From Dehalococcoidales bacterium (GTDB lineage: Bacteria; Chloroflexota; Dehalococcoidia; Dehalococcoidales; UBA5627): a stretch of DNA of 64,000 bases. The notes below the pieces were generated by a model that searched no databases, was not told the DNA's origin, and saw nothing but the letters and a program-made list of their open reading frames with translations. Positions within the stretch are counted from its first letter, which is position 1; each line of letters opens with the position of its first letter. Both the position numbers and the translations under genes were made by a program. The DNA is taken from contig JAQTUQ010000002.1 of the NCBI GenBank assembly GCA_028707255.1, positions 8,900-72,899 on the forward strand, in the 5' to 3' direction. Of the stretch, positions 10,081 through 19,613 are shown in pieces.

Positions 10081-11499
10081 ATGCTTGGTAAAGTATTGGT
10101 AGCCAATCGAGGTGAGATCGCCATACGTATTATGCGTGCTTGCAGGGAACTTGGAATAAAATCGGTTGCCGTTTATTCTGAAGCCGATAAATATGCACTG
10201 TTTTCCAAATATGCAGATGAAGCATACCTGCTCGGTCCTGCCTCCGCATCGCAGAGTTATCTAAATATCGACAAAATAATTGAAATAGCCAGAAATAGCA
10301 ATGCAGATGCTATTCATCCGGGATACGGATTCCTTTCTGAAAACCCCGATTTTGCCGAAGCCTGTGAGAATGCCGGTATTACTTTTATCGGACCTCCGAG
10401 TTCGGTTCTGAAAATTACCGGAAATAAAGTAGCCGCCAGAAAAGAAGCGGTTAAAGCCAAAGTGCCGGTAATAACGGGAACCGACGAATGTTCGTCGGAT
10501 ATTAATCATGTTAAGGAAGTCGTTCGTAAAATCGGCTATCCTGTAATAATAAAACCGGCCAATGGCGGCGGCGGTATCGGTATGAGCATTATCAACTCGG
10601 AAGATGAACTTGAAAAAGCTGTTTCTACTTCTATGTCCATAGCTCAATCCAGTTTTGGGACAAATGACATCTATATAGAAAAATATCTTGAGCATCCGCG
10701 TCATATAGAATTCCAGATTCTTGCCGATAAATTAGGTAATGTCGTTCATCTCGGTGAACGCGAATGCAGTATCCAGCGAAACTATGGAAAAATTATTGAA
10801 GAATCGCCATCTGTAGCACTCAATGATGCAATGCGCAAACGGATGGGTAATCAGGCTGTTAAACTGGCACGCTCACTTAATTACATCGGCGCAGGCACCA
10901 TCGAATTCATTTTTTCCCGGGGCAAATACTACTTCCTTGAAGTTAATGCCCGCATACAGGTTGAGCACGGTGTTACTGAAATGGTCACCGGTATCGATCT
11001 GGTCAAGGAACAGATCAGAATCGCTTCTGATTTACCTCTCTCTGTAAAACAGAGGGATGTTAAACTTACGGGTTGGGCAATAGAGTGTCGCATCAATGCG
11101 GAAGACCCTCTGATGAATTTCATGCCGTCTCCGGGGACATTAAAAGGTTATCGTTCTCCCGGCGGTGTCGGAATTCGAGTAGATTCCGGGGTTCATAACG
11201 GCTATACCATTCCAGATTGCTACCACCCGATGGTTTCCAAGCTTATTGCTCACGGCAGAGACCGTAAAGAAACCATTTTACGCATGCAACGCGCGCTTTA
11301 TGAATATATCATTATAGGGGTAAAAACCAATATTATCCTGCATAAGGCGATTATGGAGAATCCCCGGTTTATATCAGGCAATCTTGAAACCGGATTTATA
11401 AAAAGAGAAACCGGATTACAGGTTAATATGAGACGCATTGCGGAAAGGGATTATCCGTTAATAGAACGCCTTTCGGAGATATTCAATTTTCAAGATTAA
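10081..11499 (+). CDS. accC: Biotin carboxylase (acetyl-CoA carboxylase AccC / pyruvate carboxylase subunit A)
   Basis: 472 aa. N-terminus is KVLVANRGEIAIRIMRACRELGI, followed by an ATP-grasp domain (GGGGIGM) and EVNARIQVEHGVTE. Confidence 0.9.
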   Translation: MLGKVLVANRGEIAIRIMRACRELGIKSVAVYSEADKYALFSKYADEAYLLGPASASQSYLNIDKIIEIARNSNADAIHPGYGFLSENPDFAEACENAGITFIGPPSSVLKITGNKVAARKEAVKAKVPVITGTDECSSDINHVKEVVRKIGYPVIIKPANGGGGIGMSIINSEDELEKAVSTSMSIAQSSFGTNDIYIEKYLEHPRHIEFQILADKLGNVVHLGERECSIQRNYGKIIEESPSVALNDAMRKRMGNQAVKLARSLNYIGAGTIEFIFSRGKYYFLEVNARIQVEHGVTEMVTGIDLVKEQIRIASDLPLSVKQRDVKLTGWAIECRINAEDPLMNFMPSPGTLKGYRSPGGVGIRVDSGVHNGYTIPDCYHPMVSKLIAHGRDRKETILRMQRALYEYIIIGVKTNIILHKAIMENPRFISGNLETGFIKRETGLQVNMRRIAERDYPLIERLSEIFNFQD

Positions 11500-11548
11500 T
11501 TAATGATAATCCGGAATTATAAATCCTAGCATTGCGGGGAGTAAGAAA

Positions 11549-12565
11549 TTGGCGTGGACTGATAAACTTCAGTACGACCCGATTCACCTGCTAATAGATG
11601 CCGATAACGGCGCAATCCGTTACTTAACGACACGCGATTTGCTTGATGACTATGTACCCCAGGTCGATACACTCTGGAATATTAATGATGCAAAGGGTAT
11701 CCTGAAAAGGCAAAAACCCGGCGGCTACTGGGTGTATCCGGGAAAAAGCGAAGATTATCGCCTGCTGGAAACCTTTAAAAACCTGCAATCGCTGGTATAT
11801 AAATACCAGTTTAATCGAAGTAATCATGCTATTGAAGCTGCTTGTGAATACCTGCTCTCTTACCAAACGTACGAAGGCGACATCAGGGGTTTTATAGGCA
11901 ATCAGTATGCGCCATATTACACAGGACTCGTCACTGTTCTATTAATTTCTGCCGGATACGAAGACGATACCAGGATTATAAAAGCCCTTGAATGGCTGCT
12001 GTCGGTAAGGCAAAACGACGGAGGCTGGGTAATCGGAAGCCCGGGGATAACCGGAAATTCGGAATTAAAATTGAAGGATATCATTTATCTGACATCCGAT
12101 AAAACAGCCCCTGTGCTTAAACCGTACGATAAATCGAAACCATTTTCACACTCCGGTACTGGAATGGTGATCAGAGCTTTTGCAGCGCATCCCCAATACC
12201 GCACAAACCCCGATATGTTAAAGGCAGCTTATCTATTAAAATCACAATTCTTCAAGGAAGATAATTACAACTCATACAAAGATGCTGACCACTGGTTAAG
12301 ATTCCAATACCCTTTCTGGTGGAACAATCTGGTGGCAGCACTGGATTCACTTTCACTTATCGGGATATTGCCGGTGGATAATGATATTATTAATGCATTG
12401 GAGTGGCTAATTTCCAAACAGGAAGCGGATGGTTTATGGAAAATATCATATTCGGTTATTCATAAGTCCACTGTTAATAAAAAGAGCAAAGAGCAGCAAT
12501 TATGGATAACGCTGGCTATATGCAGAATATTCAAACGTTTTTATAATCATTCTCATGAAAATTAA
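11549..12565 (+). CDS. Hypothetical protein with prenyltransferase/squalene-oxidase-like (alpha/alpha toroid) repeats
   Basis: 338 aa with repeated LEWL(L/I)S.Q..DG.W-type motifs (ALEWLLSVRQNDGGWV; ALEWLISKQEADGLWK; KPGGYWVYPG). TTG start in the track. The function call rests on motif resemblance only. Confidence 0.45.
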   Translation: MAWTDKLQYDPIHLLIDADNGAIRYLTTRDLLDDYVPQVDTLWNINDAKGILKRQKPGGYWVYPGKSEDYRLLETFKNLQSLVYKYQFNRSNHAIEAACEYLLSYQTYEGDIRGFIGNQYAPYYTGLVTVLLISAGYEDDTRIIKALEWLLSVRQNDGGWVIGSPGITGNSELKLKDIIYLTSDKTAPVLKPYDKSKPFSHSGTGMVIRAFAAHPQYRTNPDMLKAAYLLKSQFFKEDNYNSYKDADHWLRFQYPFWWNNLVAALDSLSLIGILPVDNDIINALEWLISKQEADGLWKISYSVIHKSTVNKKSKEQQLWITLAICRIFKRFYNHSHEN

Positions 12566-12763
12566 TTCAAGCCCGGTTAATTCAACATTGTAAAAACCTG
12601 TCAGGGGTGATAATATTTTTGGTAATTGTTTTATTAACTCACGACGCCATATTTATAGTCATCTCAATAGTTTGTAAAAGTAAACAATAACATATATTAT
12701 GCTATTTATTCTATAACTATATTAAAATAATCAGAAATTAATGAGAGGGAGAGATTAAATTCG

Positions 12764-14269
12764 ATGGTTTCAGACAGTTTTAAAATGAGCGCAAATAAGT
12801 TGTCGAAATTTCTTGATAAACCGTGCGAGGATTTTACAAAGCAGGATATTATCAGGTACGCTGAGCAAAACGATATCAAGGCAATCAATCTGCGACACGT
12901 CGGAGGTGACGGCAAACTTAAAACACTGAACTTTGTCGTCGAAAGTAAAGCTCATCTAGATAAAGTACTTGCGGCAGGCGAAAGAGTAGATGGCTCCAGC
13001 CTTTTTAGCTACATCGACACTTCTTCCAGTGACCTTTATATCATTCCCCGTTATAAAACCGCTTTTATGAATCCGTTCTCAAAAGAGATACCAACACTCG
13101 ATATTCTTTGCACTTTTTATAATAAAAACGGAGAAAGGCTTGATATATCATCTGAGAATATACTATTGAAAGCCCAAAAATCTCTTGAAGAAAGTACAGG
13201 TTCAAGGCTGCATGCCATGGGGGAGCTTGAGTATTATGTGATTGCCCCCAAGCAAAGTCTATATCGTGCCACCGTCCAGATGGGTTACCAGGAATCGTCG
13301 CCGTTTTGTAAATGGGAATCTCTCAGATGCGAGGCGATGCAGGCGATATCGGAATCCGGTGGCAAGATTAAATATGGACACTCAGAAGTAGGCCATATAT
13401 ATGGCGAAGAAAACGAGATGGAGCAAAACGAAATCGAGTTTCTTCCCGTCGACATTGAAGATGCTGCCGATCAGATTGCTATTGCCAAATGGATAATCAG
13501 GATGATGGGTTATAAATATGGCGTAAACGTTACTTTCGCCCCAAAGATACTGGTAGGACACGCCGGAAGCGGTCTTCATGTCCATACCAAACTGGTTAAA
13601 AATGGCAAGAATATGTTCATAGACGATAAGGGTTTAAGCGATTTCGCAAGGAGAACGATTGCCGGTTATCTGTCATGCGCTCCTTCGTTAACTGCCTTCG
13701 GCAATACAATTCCCCTGTCATACCTCAGACTAGTTCCTCATCAGGAAGCCCCTACCAATATATGCTGGGGCGACCGCAACCGTTCTGTTCTGGTAAGGGT
13801 TCCGCTTGGTTGGCAGGATGTTGGTAATATGACCCGAGACGCCAATCCTCAAGATACTGGTGTTTCGGTTAACAACAGGGATAGCCAAACTGTAGAATTC
13901 AGGTGCCCCGATGGTTCTGCCAATATTTATCTTTTGATGGCCGGGTTAGTGGTTGCTGCTCGTCATGGTCTTGAAATGGAAAATGCGCTTGAACTGGCAA
14001 AAAGTTTGTATGTCGATATTAATATCTTCTCTCATGAGCATGAAGAAATCCAAAGACAACTACCACAGTTGCCGACATCCTGCTGGGAATCTGCAGAAAA
14101 ATTACTTATCGACCGCCATATATACGAAAAGGATGGTGTATTCCCGGCTGCTGTTATCAACGGAATCGCAAAGAATCTGATGAGCCATAACGATAAGGAT
14201 TTGAGCCAGAGATATTATGGCAAAGGCGATGAAATACAGAAACTGGTAGATGAATTCATGCATTCGTAA
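12764..14269 (+). CDS. glnA: Glutamine synthetase family protein (atypical length, 501 aa)
   Basis: N-terminal beta-grasp-like region and a catalytic region with GELEYYV, KYGHSEVGH, NEIEF, GSGLHVHTKL and VRVP. RBS GAGGGAGAG lies upstream. Confidence 0.75.
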   Translation: MVSDSFKMSANKLSKFLDKPCEDFTKQDIIRYAEQNDIKAINLRHVGGDGKLKTLNFVVESKAHLDKVLAAGERVDGSSLFSYIDTSSSDLYIIPRYKTAFMNPFSKEIPTLDILCTFYNKNGERLDISSENILLKAQKSLEESTGSRLHAMGELEYYVIAPKQSLYRATVQMGYQESSPFCKWESLRCEAMQAISESGGKIKYGHSEVGHIYGEENEMEQNEIEFLPVDIEDAADQIAIAKWIIRMMGYKYGVNVTFAPKILVGHAGSGLHVHTKLVKNGKNMFIDDKGLSDFARRTIAGYLSCAPSLTAFGNTIPLSYLRLVPHQEAPTNICWGDRNRSVLVRVPLGWQDVGNMTRDANPQDTGVSVNNRDSQTVEFRCPDGSANIYLLMAGLVVAARHGLEMENALELAKSLYVDINIFSHEHEEIQRQLPQLPTSCWESAEKLLIDRHIYEKDGVFPAAVINGIAKNLMSHNDKDLSQRYYGKGDEIQKLVDEFMHS

Positions 14270-14302
14270 AACAAATTATAATTTAAAAGCGAATTGAAAT
14301 TG

Positions 14303-14335
14303 GGGGACGATGTTTTATGCGTCCCCTGCTTTTAT
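14303..14335 (+). terminator. Rho-independent terminator after the glnA-like gene
   Basis: GGGGACG (14303-14309) pairs with CGTCCCC (14320-14326), followed by TGCTTTTATT. Confidence 0.65.
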
Positions 14336-14519
14336 TAGAATAACTTAGAGTGCTAACTATGCTTGAGTGCAATCTAAAAATGAGCTTTTTACTCTGGTTT
14401 GTAACAACTAGACCTTTATTTACAATAAGACCGAAACGATGATTCAGTTGGAATTGACGCAGTCTTAAATGGATGGAAAATTTAAACCCGGTTATATTTT
14501 TATCAGTAGACTATTATCT

Positions 14520-15068
14520 TTATCCGTGGATCCGTAAGAAACAGTTTACAACCTGAACAATATCAGCCCCGCTAAATGGTTTATGCATTACCCCGAACGG
14601 CCCATATTGCAGGGCTTTCATCATGAGTTCGCTTTCCGGATAACCGGTTATGATAATAACCTGCATCTCCGGTTTTGCCTGTTTAATCTGCCTGAATAGT
14701 TCAGCGCCATCGATACCCGGCATTTTTAAGTCTAGAAAAACCAGATCTAAATTCTGGCTTTTGGCAATTGCTAATCCATGGACGGCTGATTCGGCTATTA
14801 AAACATCATGTCCAAGGTTACTTAGAGTCATATCAATCAATTTACCGATGGTTTTTTCATCATCTATGACAAGTATACGTTTTTTTACAGTAATCCCGTT
14901 TTCTTTTAACCAGTCGTTTAATTCTTCTCTGTCGAATCGCCATAACTTACCTACCCTGGTAGCAGGAATGGCATTTTTATCCAGCAATCTATGGATTGTT
15001 TTTTCAGTAACCCTGAGGTATAATGCGACTTCTTTTAACGTCATCAAGTTTTTTTCATTATTCTGCAT
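14520..15068 (-). CDS. Response regulator with an N-terminal excisionase/MerR-type HTH and a C-terminal receiver domain
   Basis: 182 aa. The HTH is LMTLKEVALYLRVTEKTIHRLLDKNAIPATRVGKLWRF. The REC domain has ILVIDDE and the phospho-acceptor context LVFLDLKMPGIDG. Confidence 0.8.
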   Translation of the reverse strand: MQNNEKNLMTLKEVALYLRVTEKTIHRLLDKNAIPATRVGKLWRFDREELNDWLKENGITVKKRILVIDDEKTIGKLIDMTLSNLGHDVLIAESAVHGLAIAKSQNLDLVFLDLKMPGIDGAELFRQIKQAKPEMQVIIITGYPESELMMKALQYGPFGVMHKPFSGADIVQVVNCFLRIHG

Positions 15069-15239
15069 TTATAATATCCGTTAATCAGGGTGGTTTCTAA
15101 TAGTACTCCGTGTAACTTCCGGAAAATATTACTGTCAATAATAGTACAAAGTTGCTATAAAGTCTACTATTATCGACATTTTTCTCTTTCATATATAAAG
15201 TACTTTGTTTAATTTGCCCAAACCTAGTTAAAAGTAATA

Positions 15240-15269
15240 TTGACATTATTAAAGAAGTGTGGTTAAAAT
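15240..15269 (+). promoter_or_regulatory. Putative sigma-70 promoter for the tubulin-like gene
   Basis: TTGACA (15240-15245), then a 17-18-nt spacer, then TTAAAAT (15263-15269). This fits the RBS GGAGGG and the ATG at 15307. Confidence 0.4.
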
Positions 15270-15306
15270 AGCCTACAATTCGAATGAATCATTTGGAGGG
15301 AGAAAA

Positions 15307-16476
15307 ATGAAATTAGTAGTCATCGGTTTCGGGCAGTGTGGCAGTCGTATTGCTGATGAGTTTGCTCGCTTAAATAAAAGAGCAATCAGTAGCAGAGGAA
15401 TAGAAATTACTCCGGGTATTTTTGCCGTTAACACGGATGCTGCTGACCTGAGCGGATTAACCACCATTAAGGCCGATTATCAGCACAGAATACTTATCGG
15501 CGGACGCAAAACAGGCGGACACGGAGTAGGTAAAATCAATGAACTCGGCGCTGAAGTTGCCCGGGAAGATGCTGATAAAATTGTCGATGCGCTCAGGACA
15601 ACCAAACGTTTCTACGATACCGATGGGTTCCTCCTGATTGCCAGCGCTGCGGGCGGCACCGGTTCGGGTGCAATTCCCATTATTGCTCAGCACATTAAAG
15701 AGCGCTATATGGATAAACCTTTATATGCCCTGATTGTGCTGCCTTTCGAACATGAAGAGCAAAACGAGGAAAGAACTGTTTACAATACCGCTGTCTGTCT
15801 TAAGTCGGTTTACTCGGTAGCCGATGCGGTTATTCTGGTAGACAACCAGAGATATGTCAGAAAAGATTTCTCCCTTAAAAATAACCTCGATAAGATTAAT
15901 TCCCTGATTGCTGCCCCGTTCTACAATCTGCTTTGCGCCGGTGAGGAAAAGAAAGCAGCTCATGTAGGAGCCAAGACACTGGATGCCGGTGACATTATAC
16001 AGACACTGCTCGGATGGACGGTTATCGGTTACGGTGAATCAAAAATAGAACGCTTCAATTTATTCGGCTCCGGCGGATTCAGAGATAAGAGCAACCAGAC
16101 TCATAAAGCGGTACAGGCAATGGATGCTGCTATCAGCGAAATTTCTACCCGCTGTAACCCTAAAGATGCCTCAAGAGCTATGTACTTGATAACAGCTCCC
16201 GCCAAGGAAATAAACATGGATATGGTAAAAGAGATGGGTGACTGGATGAGAGATATGGCTCCCAATGCTATTATTCGTAACGGTGATTATCCGAGGGACG
16301 GAACCAATATGAATGTTACCGTCATCCTTTCCGAATTGAGCGACGTTGAAAAGGTCCGGAAGTACTATAATGCATCGACAGACCTCGTGCCCGTTATTAA
16401 ACAGAGGCAGAAAGACGTTGCTTCCAAGTTACAGTCTATCGATGACCTTGGGAAAGACATCCCTACCCTCTTATAA
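15307..16476 (+). CDS. Tubulin/FtsZ-superfamily GTPase, CetZ-like rather than FtsZ-like
   Basis: The preferred start is the ATG at 15307, preceded by GGAGGG; the track start at 15259 is GTG. The N-terminus MKLVVIGFGQCGSRIADEF has a tubulin-type GQxG, not the FtsZ GGGGxN. Tubulin signature AAGGTGSG is present. GHGVGKINELGAEVAREDADKI, VILVDNQRY and RNGDYP segments are collinear with my recollection of haloarchaeal CetZ1. Confidence 0.7.
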   Translation: MKLVVIGFGQCGSRIADEFARLNKRAISSRGIEITPGIFAVNTDAADLSGLTTIKADYQHRILIGGRKTGGHGVGKINELGAEVAREDADKIVDALRTTKRFYDTDGFLLIASAAGGTGSGAIPIIAQHIKERYMDKPLYALIVLPFEHEEQNEERTVYNTAVCLKSVYSVADAVILVDNQRYVRKDFSLKNNLDKINSLIAAPFYNLLCAGEEKKAAHVGAKTLDAGDIIQTLLGWTVIGYGESKIERFNLFGSGGFRDKSNQTHKAVQAMDAAISEISTRCNPKDASRAMYLITAPAKEINMDMVKEMGDWMRDMAPNAIIRNGDYPRDGTNMNVTVILSELSDVEKVRKYYNASTDLVPVIKQRQKDVASKLQSIDDLGKDIPTLL

Positions 16477-16500
16477 AACTGCTTGTATGTTCGTTCTTTA

Positions 16501-16530
16501 CCCCCCTCAAAAGCGAGGGGGGTTTTTATT
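16501..16530 (+). terminator. Rho-independent terminator after the tubulin-like gene
   Basis: Perfect 8-bp GC-rich stem (CCCCCCTC 16501-16508 pairs with GAGGGGGG 16515-16522) with a 6-nt loop, followed by TTTTTATTT. Confidence 0.85.
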
Positions 16531-16609
16531 TATCTCATCTGTCTTTAATCTACAGCGGAAAGTTCTTTGGGAAATACAGCCGTATAGGGTATAATAAGTA
16601 AACAAAATT

Positions 16610-18250
16610 ATGGAATCACAGGTTTTTTATCGAAAATGGCGCCCCCAGACACTGGCTGAAGTTGCCGGGCAGGAGCATGTAACTCAAACACTTTTAAATG
16701 CTCTCAGCAGCGGTCATATCTCCCATGCCTACCTTTTTTGCGGGCCGAGAGGAACCGGAAAAACCAGCACCGGACGCATCCTTTCCAAGGCTGTAAACTG
16801 CACGTCCAATGGCAAAGGGGAGCCGTGTAACACCTGCGAAATGTGTACGGCGATAACCGAAGGCAGAGCGATGGATGTCATTGAAATCGACGCTGCCAGC
16901 AATCGCGGTATAGATGAAATAAGAAATCTGCGCGAGCGCGTTAATTATGCTCCGGGTAAGGCACGCTATAAGATTTATATAATCGATGAGTTTCATATGC
17001 TCACAAAAGAAGCCTCCAATGCCCTGTTAAAGACGCTCGAAGAACCCCCATCGTGTGTCATTTTTATACTGGCAACTACCGAAGCGCACAAGGTACTGCC
17101 TACTATTATGTCAAGATGCCAGCGCTTCGATTTCCGTCGCATCAGCCAGAATGATATTGCAGAAAAATTAAACCAGATATGTGACAGCGAAGGCATTAAG
17201 ATAGAGCGGGAGGCCTTGAATGTGCTGGCTAAAAACTCTACCGGCAGCCTAAGGGACGCTGAAAACCTGCTTGAGAAACTATCTACCCACTATGGTTCCG
17301 ATATTAATCTCAACCAGGTAAGGGACATGTTGGGAATTACCGGCAATGAACGCATAAAGGAACTGGTAGAACATATTGTCAACGCAAATATTACCGGTGG
17401 AATAAAAACTATCAATGCCATAAACAGCGACGGTTTCGATTTAAAACAGTTGAACAGGGAACTCATTGCCTACCTCAGGGGGTTACTGCTTTTAAAGACC
17501 GGATACAGTAATGATCTTGATTTTACTCCCGAAGAGACAGTCGTACTGGCAGAACTGGCTGATAAATCAACCGTTGAGCAAATATTAAAAGCTATCTAGA
17601 TATTCGGCAAACTGGAGCTCAATCTCGATAGCTACTCGACTCTGCCGCTGGAACTGGCTATGGTGGATTGCTCCCTGTTATCTTCAGAGGCAAATTCGAC
17701 ACCTTTCATTAGACCGCAGCCACCGATATCAGATATCAAGCCGGCAAAAGGGACAATACCATCCGCCCTGGCAATCGCAAAGAACGTAAAACCGGAATCT
17801 GCAAGTGTAAACGAACCCGATGTTAATACGAAACCTGAAACAATTAAGGAGTCAGATAAGGCTATAAAGGAAGATCTCCCTGTAAAAGCACGTACCGAAA
17901 TAAGCGAACACAGTAATAAACTGGAATACTTGAGCACCAACTGGAAGAATGTCATCGAACATGCCCCCGATAATGTAAAAAGGTCGCCGGCTCTGGCAAT
18001 TTTAAGAAGCGCCGGCGTTAAACCTGTTGCTTTCGATGATAATATCGTTGTGCTCTCTTTCAGATTCCCCGTTCATAAGGATAAAATAGAAGAATCTGAA
18101 AATAACAAGATTGCCGCTAAAATAATCGGTAATTTCATCGGCCATGCCTGCGAGGTACGTTGTATATACGAACCGGAAGAAAACCACCTGGTACGTGAAA
18201 TTCAGAAAATCGGCGGACAAATAGTCGAAGTGGAGGAAAAATGGACTTAA
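16610..18250 (+). CDS. dnaX: DNA polymerase III subunit gamma/tau, interrupted by one in-frame TAG at 17597-17599
   Basis: ORF 16610-17599 carries the AAA+ clamp-loader motifs (GPRGTGKTS, the zinc module CNTCEMC, IIDEFHML, SRCQRF). The reading continues in the same frame after TAG (…EQILKAI*IFGKLELNLDSYSTLPLELAMVDCSLL…) into track ORF 17660-18250, which supplies the rest of domain III and the C-terminal region. Confidence 0.85.
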
Positions 18251-18549
18251 ACATGATGAAACAGGCAATGCAATTGAAAAGCAGCCTGGAAAAAGCACAA
18301 AAAGAACTGGAAAAAATTACAGTTGAAGCAGAAGCCGGAAACGGAGCGGTTAAAGTTACCGCCAACGGCAAGCAAAAAATATTATCAATTAAAATTGCTC
18401 CTGAGGCAGTGGAAACAGGTAAAGCGGCTAACCTGGAAAAACTGGTATTTAAAGCAGTGACAGATGCCATGGAAAAATCCAGAAAATTAGCCGACGAAAA
18501 ACTTAAGTCATTAACCGGCGGGATGAAAATCCCCGGATTAACCGACTAA
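18241..18549 (+). CDS. ybaB: Nucleoid-associated protein YbaB/EbfC
   Basis: 102 aa, beginning [39 protein letters not shown]. Sits in the conserved dnaX-ybaB-recR order and overlaps the dnaX end by 10 nt. Confidence 0.9.
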   Translation: MDLNMMKQAMQLKSSLEKAQKELEKITVEAEAGNGAVKVTANGKQKILSIKIAPEAVETGKAANLEKLVFKAVTDAMEKSRKLADEKLKSLTGGMKIPGLTD

Positions 18550-18563
18550 AGGAAAAAGTTGAT

Positions 18564-19178
18564 TTGGAAGTAAATCCATCTAATACGACTGACTCTGTAA
18601 ACAGGTTGATGCAGGAATTTGCCAAACTCCCCGGCATCGGCCCCAAAAGTGCGCAACGGCTTACTTACTATTTATTGCGGACTCAGAAAGAACAGGTTAT
18701 GGCTCTGGCAGAGGCAATCATGTCATTAAAAAACAGCACGCGTCTCTGCTCTTGCTGTTATAATATTGCGGATTCGGAGCTTTGCCCTATTTGCCGTAAT
18801 GATAAACGGGATAAAACCAGCATCTGCGTTGTCGAGCAACCGCAGGATATTCTGGCGCTTGAGCACTCAGGGATCTATAAAGGGCTGTATCATGTACTTC
18901 ACGGCGCCATATCGCCCACCGACGGGATAGGTATCAACGATATTAAAATAGAAGAACTGATAGGACGGCTTAAAGATAGCGAGATATCTGAAGTAATACT
19001 TGCCACAAACCCAACACTTGAAGGAGAACAGACCGCTATGTACCTCAATAAAATGATAATACCATTGGGAATCAGGGTTACACGACTTGCCAGAGGGCTT
19101 CCTTTCGGTACCGAACTGGAATATGCCGACGACATTACTTTAACCCGCGCACTCGAGGGCAGGCAGGAATTAAAGTAA
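18564..19178 (+). CDS. recR: Recombination protein RecR
   Basis: HhH motif [12 protein letters not shown], a C4 zinc finger (CSCCYN...CPIC) and a Toprim domain. The TTG start at 18564 is uncertain; an in-frame ATG lies at 18609. Confidence 0.9.
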   Translation: MEVNPSNTTDSVNRLMQEFAKLPGIGPKSAQRLTYYLLRTQKEQVMALAEAIMSLKNSTRLCSCCYNIADSELCPICRNDKRDKTSICVVEQPQDILALEHSGIYKGLYHVLHGAISPTDGIGINDIKIEELIGRLKDSEISEVILATNPTLEGEQTAMYLNKMIIPLGIRVTRLARGLPFGTELEYADDITLTRALEGRQELK

Positions 19179-19190
19179 AAGCGGTAAAAA

Positions 19191-19526
19191 ATGCAATCTA
19201 TAAATTATGAAGATTTCGAAAAGATAGAAATCAGAGCAGGTAGAATTACAAGAGCCGAGAATTTCCCCCGCGCCCGAAAACCGGCCTATAAACTATGGAT
19301 CGACTTCGGAGAAATCGGGGAAAAGAAATCCAGCGCCCAGATTACCGGCTGCTATAGTAAAGAAGAACTTATCGGCAAGTTAGTTACCGCCGTGGTGAAT
19401 TTCCCTCCTAAACAGGTTGCCGATTTTATCTCTGAAGTACTGGTTCTGGGAGTAGTTTTAAACGATAAAGAAGTTGTCCTGATACAACCCGATAGAGATG
19501 TCCCCATCGGCAAAAGGATATTGTGA
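19191..19526 (+). CDS. tRNA-binding domain protein (CsaA/YgjH family)
   Basis: 111 aa with an OB-fold tRNA-binding signature (FEKIEIRAGRITRAE...KLWIDFGE...SSAQIT). Confidence 0.75.
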   Translation: MQSINYEDFEKIEIRAGRITRAENFPRARKPAYKLWIDFGEIGEKKSSAQITGCYSKEELIGKLVTAVVNFPPKQVADFISEVLVLGVVLNDKEVVLIQPDRDVPIGKRIL

Positions 19527-19613
19527 AAAACTGTTACCGCGAGAGTTCTCCAATCCGATATTGCTAAAAGCACATTGAAATCGCACTGATGATTAGAGTT
19601 TTAGAAGAATGAA

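Noticed and set aside
16477-16609. SRP RNA (ffs), which often precedes dnaX.
   Set aside because: The 133-bp spacer contains only a strong terminator hairpin and a promoter-like TATAAT. No SRP domain IV-like conserved helix was recognisable.
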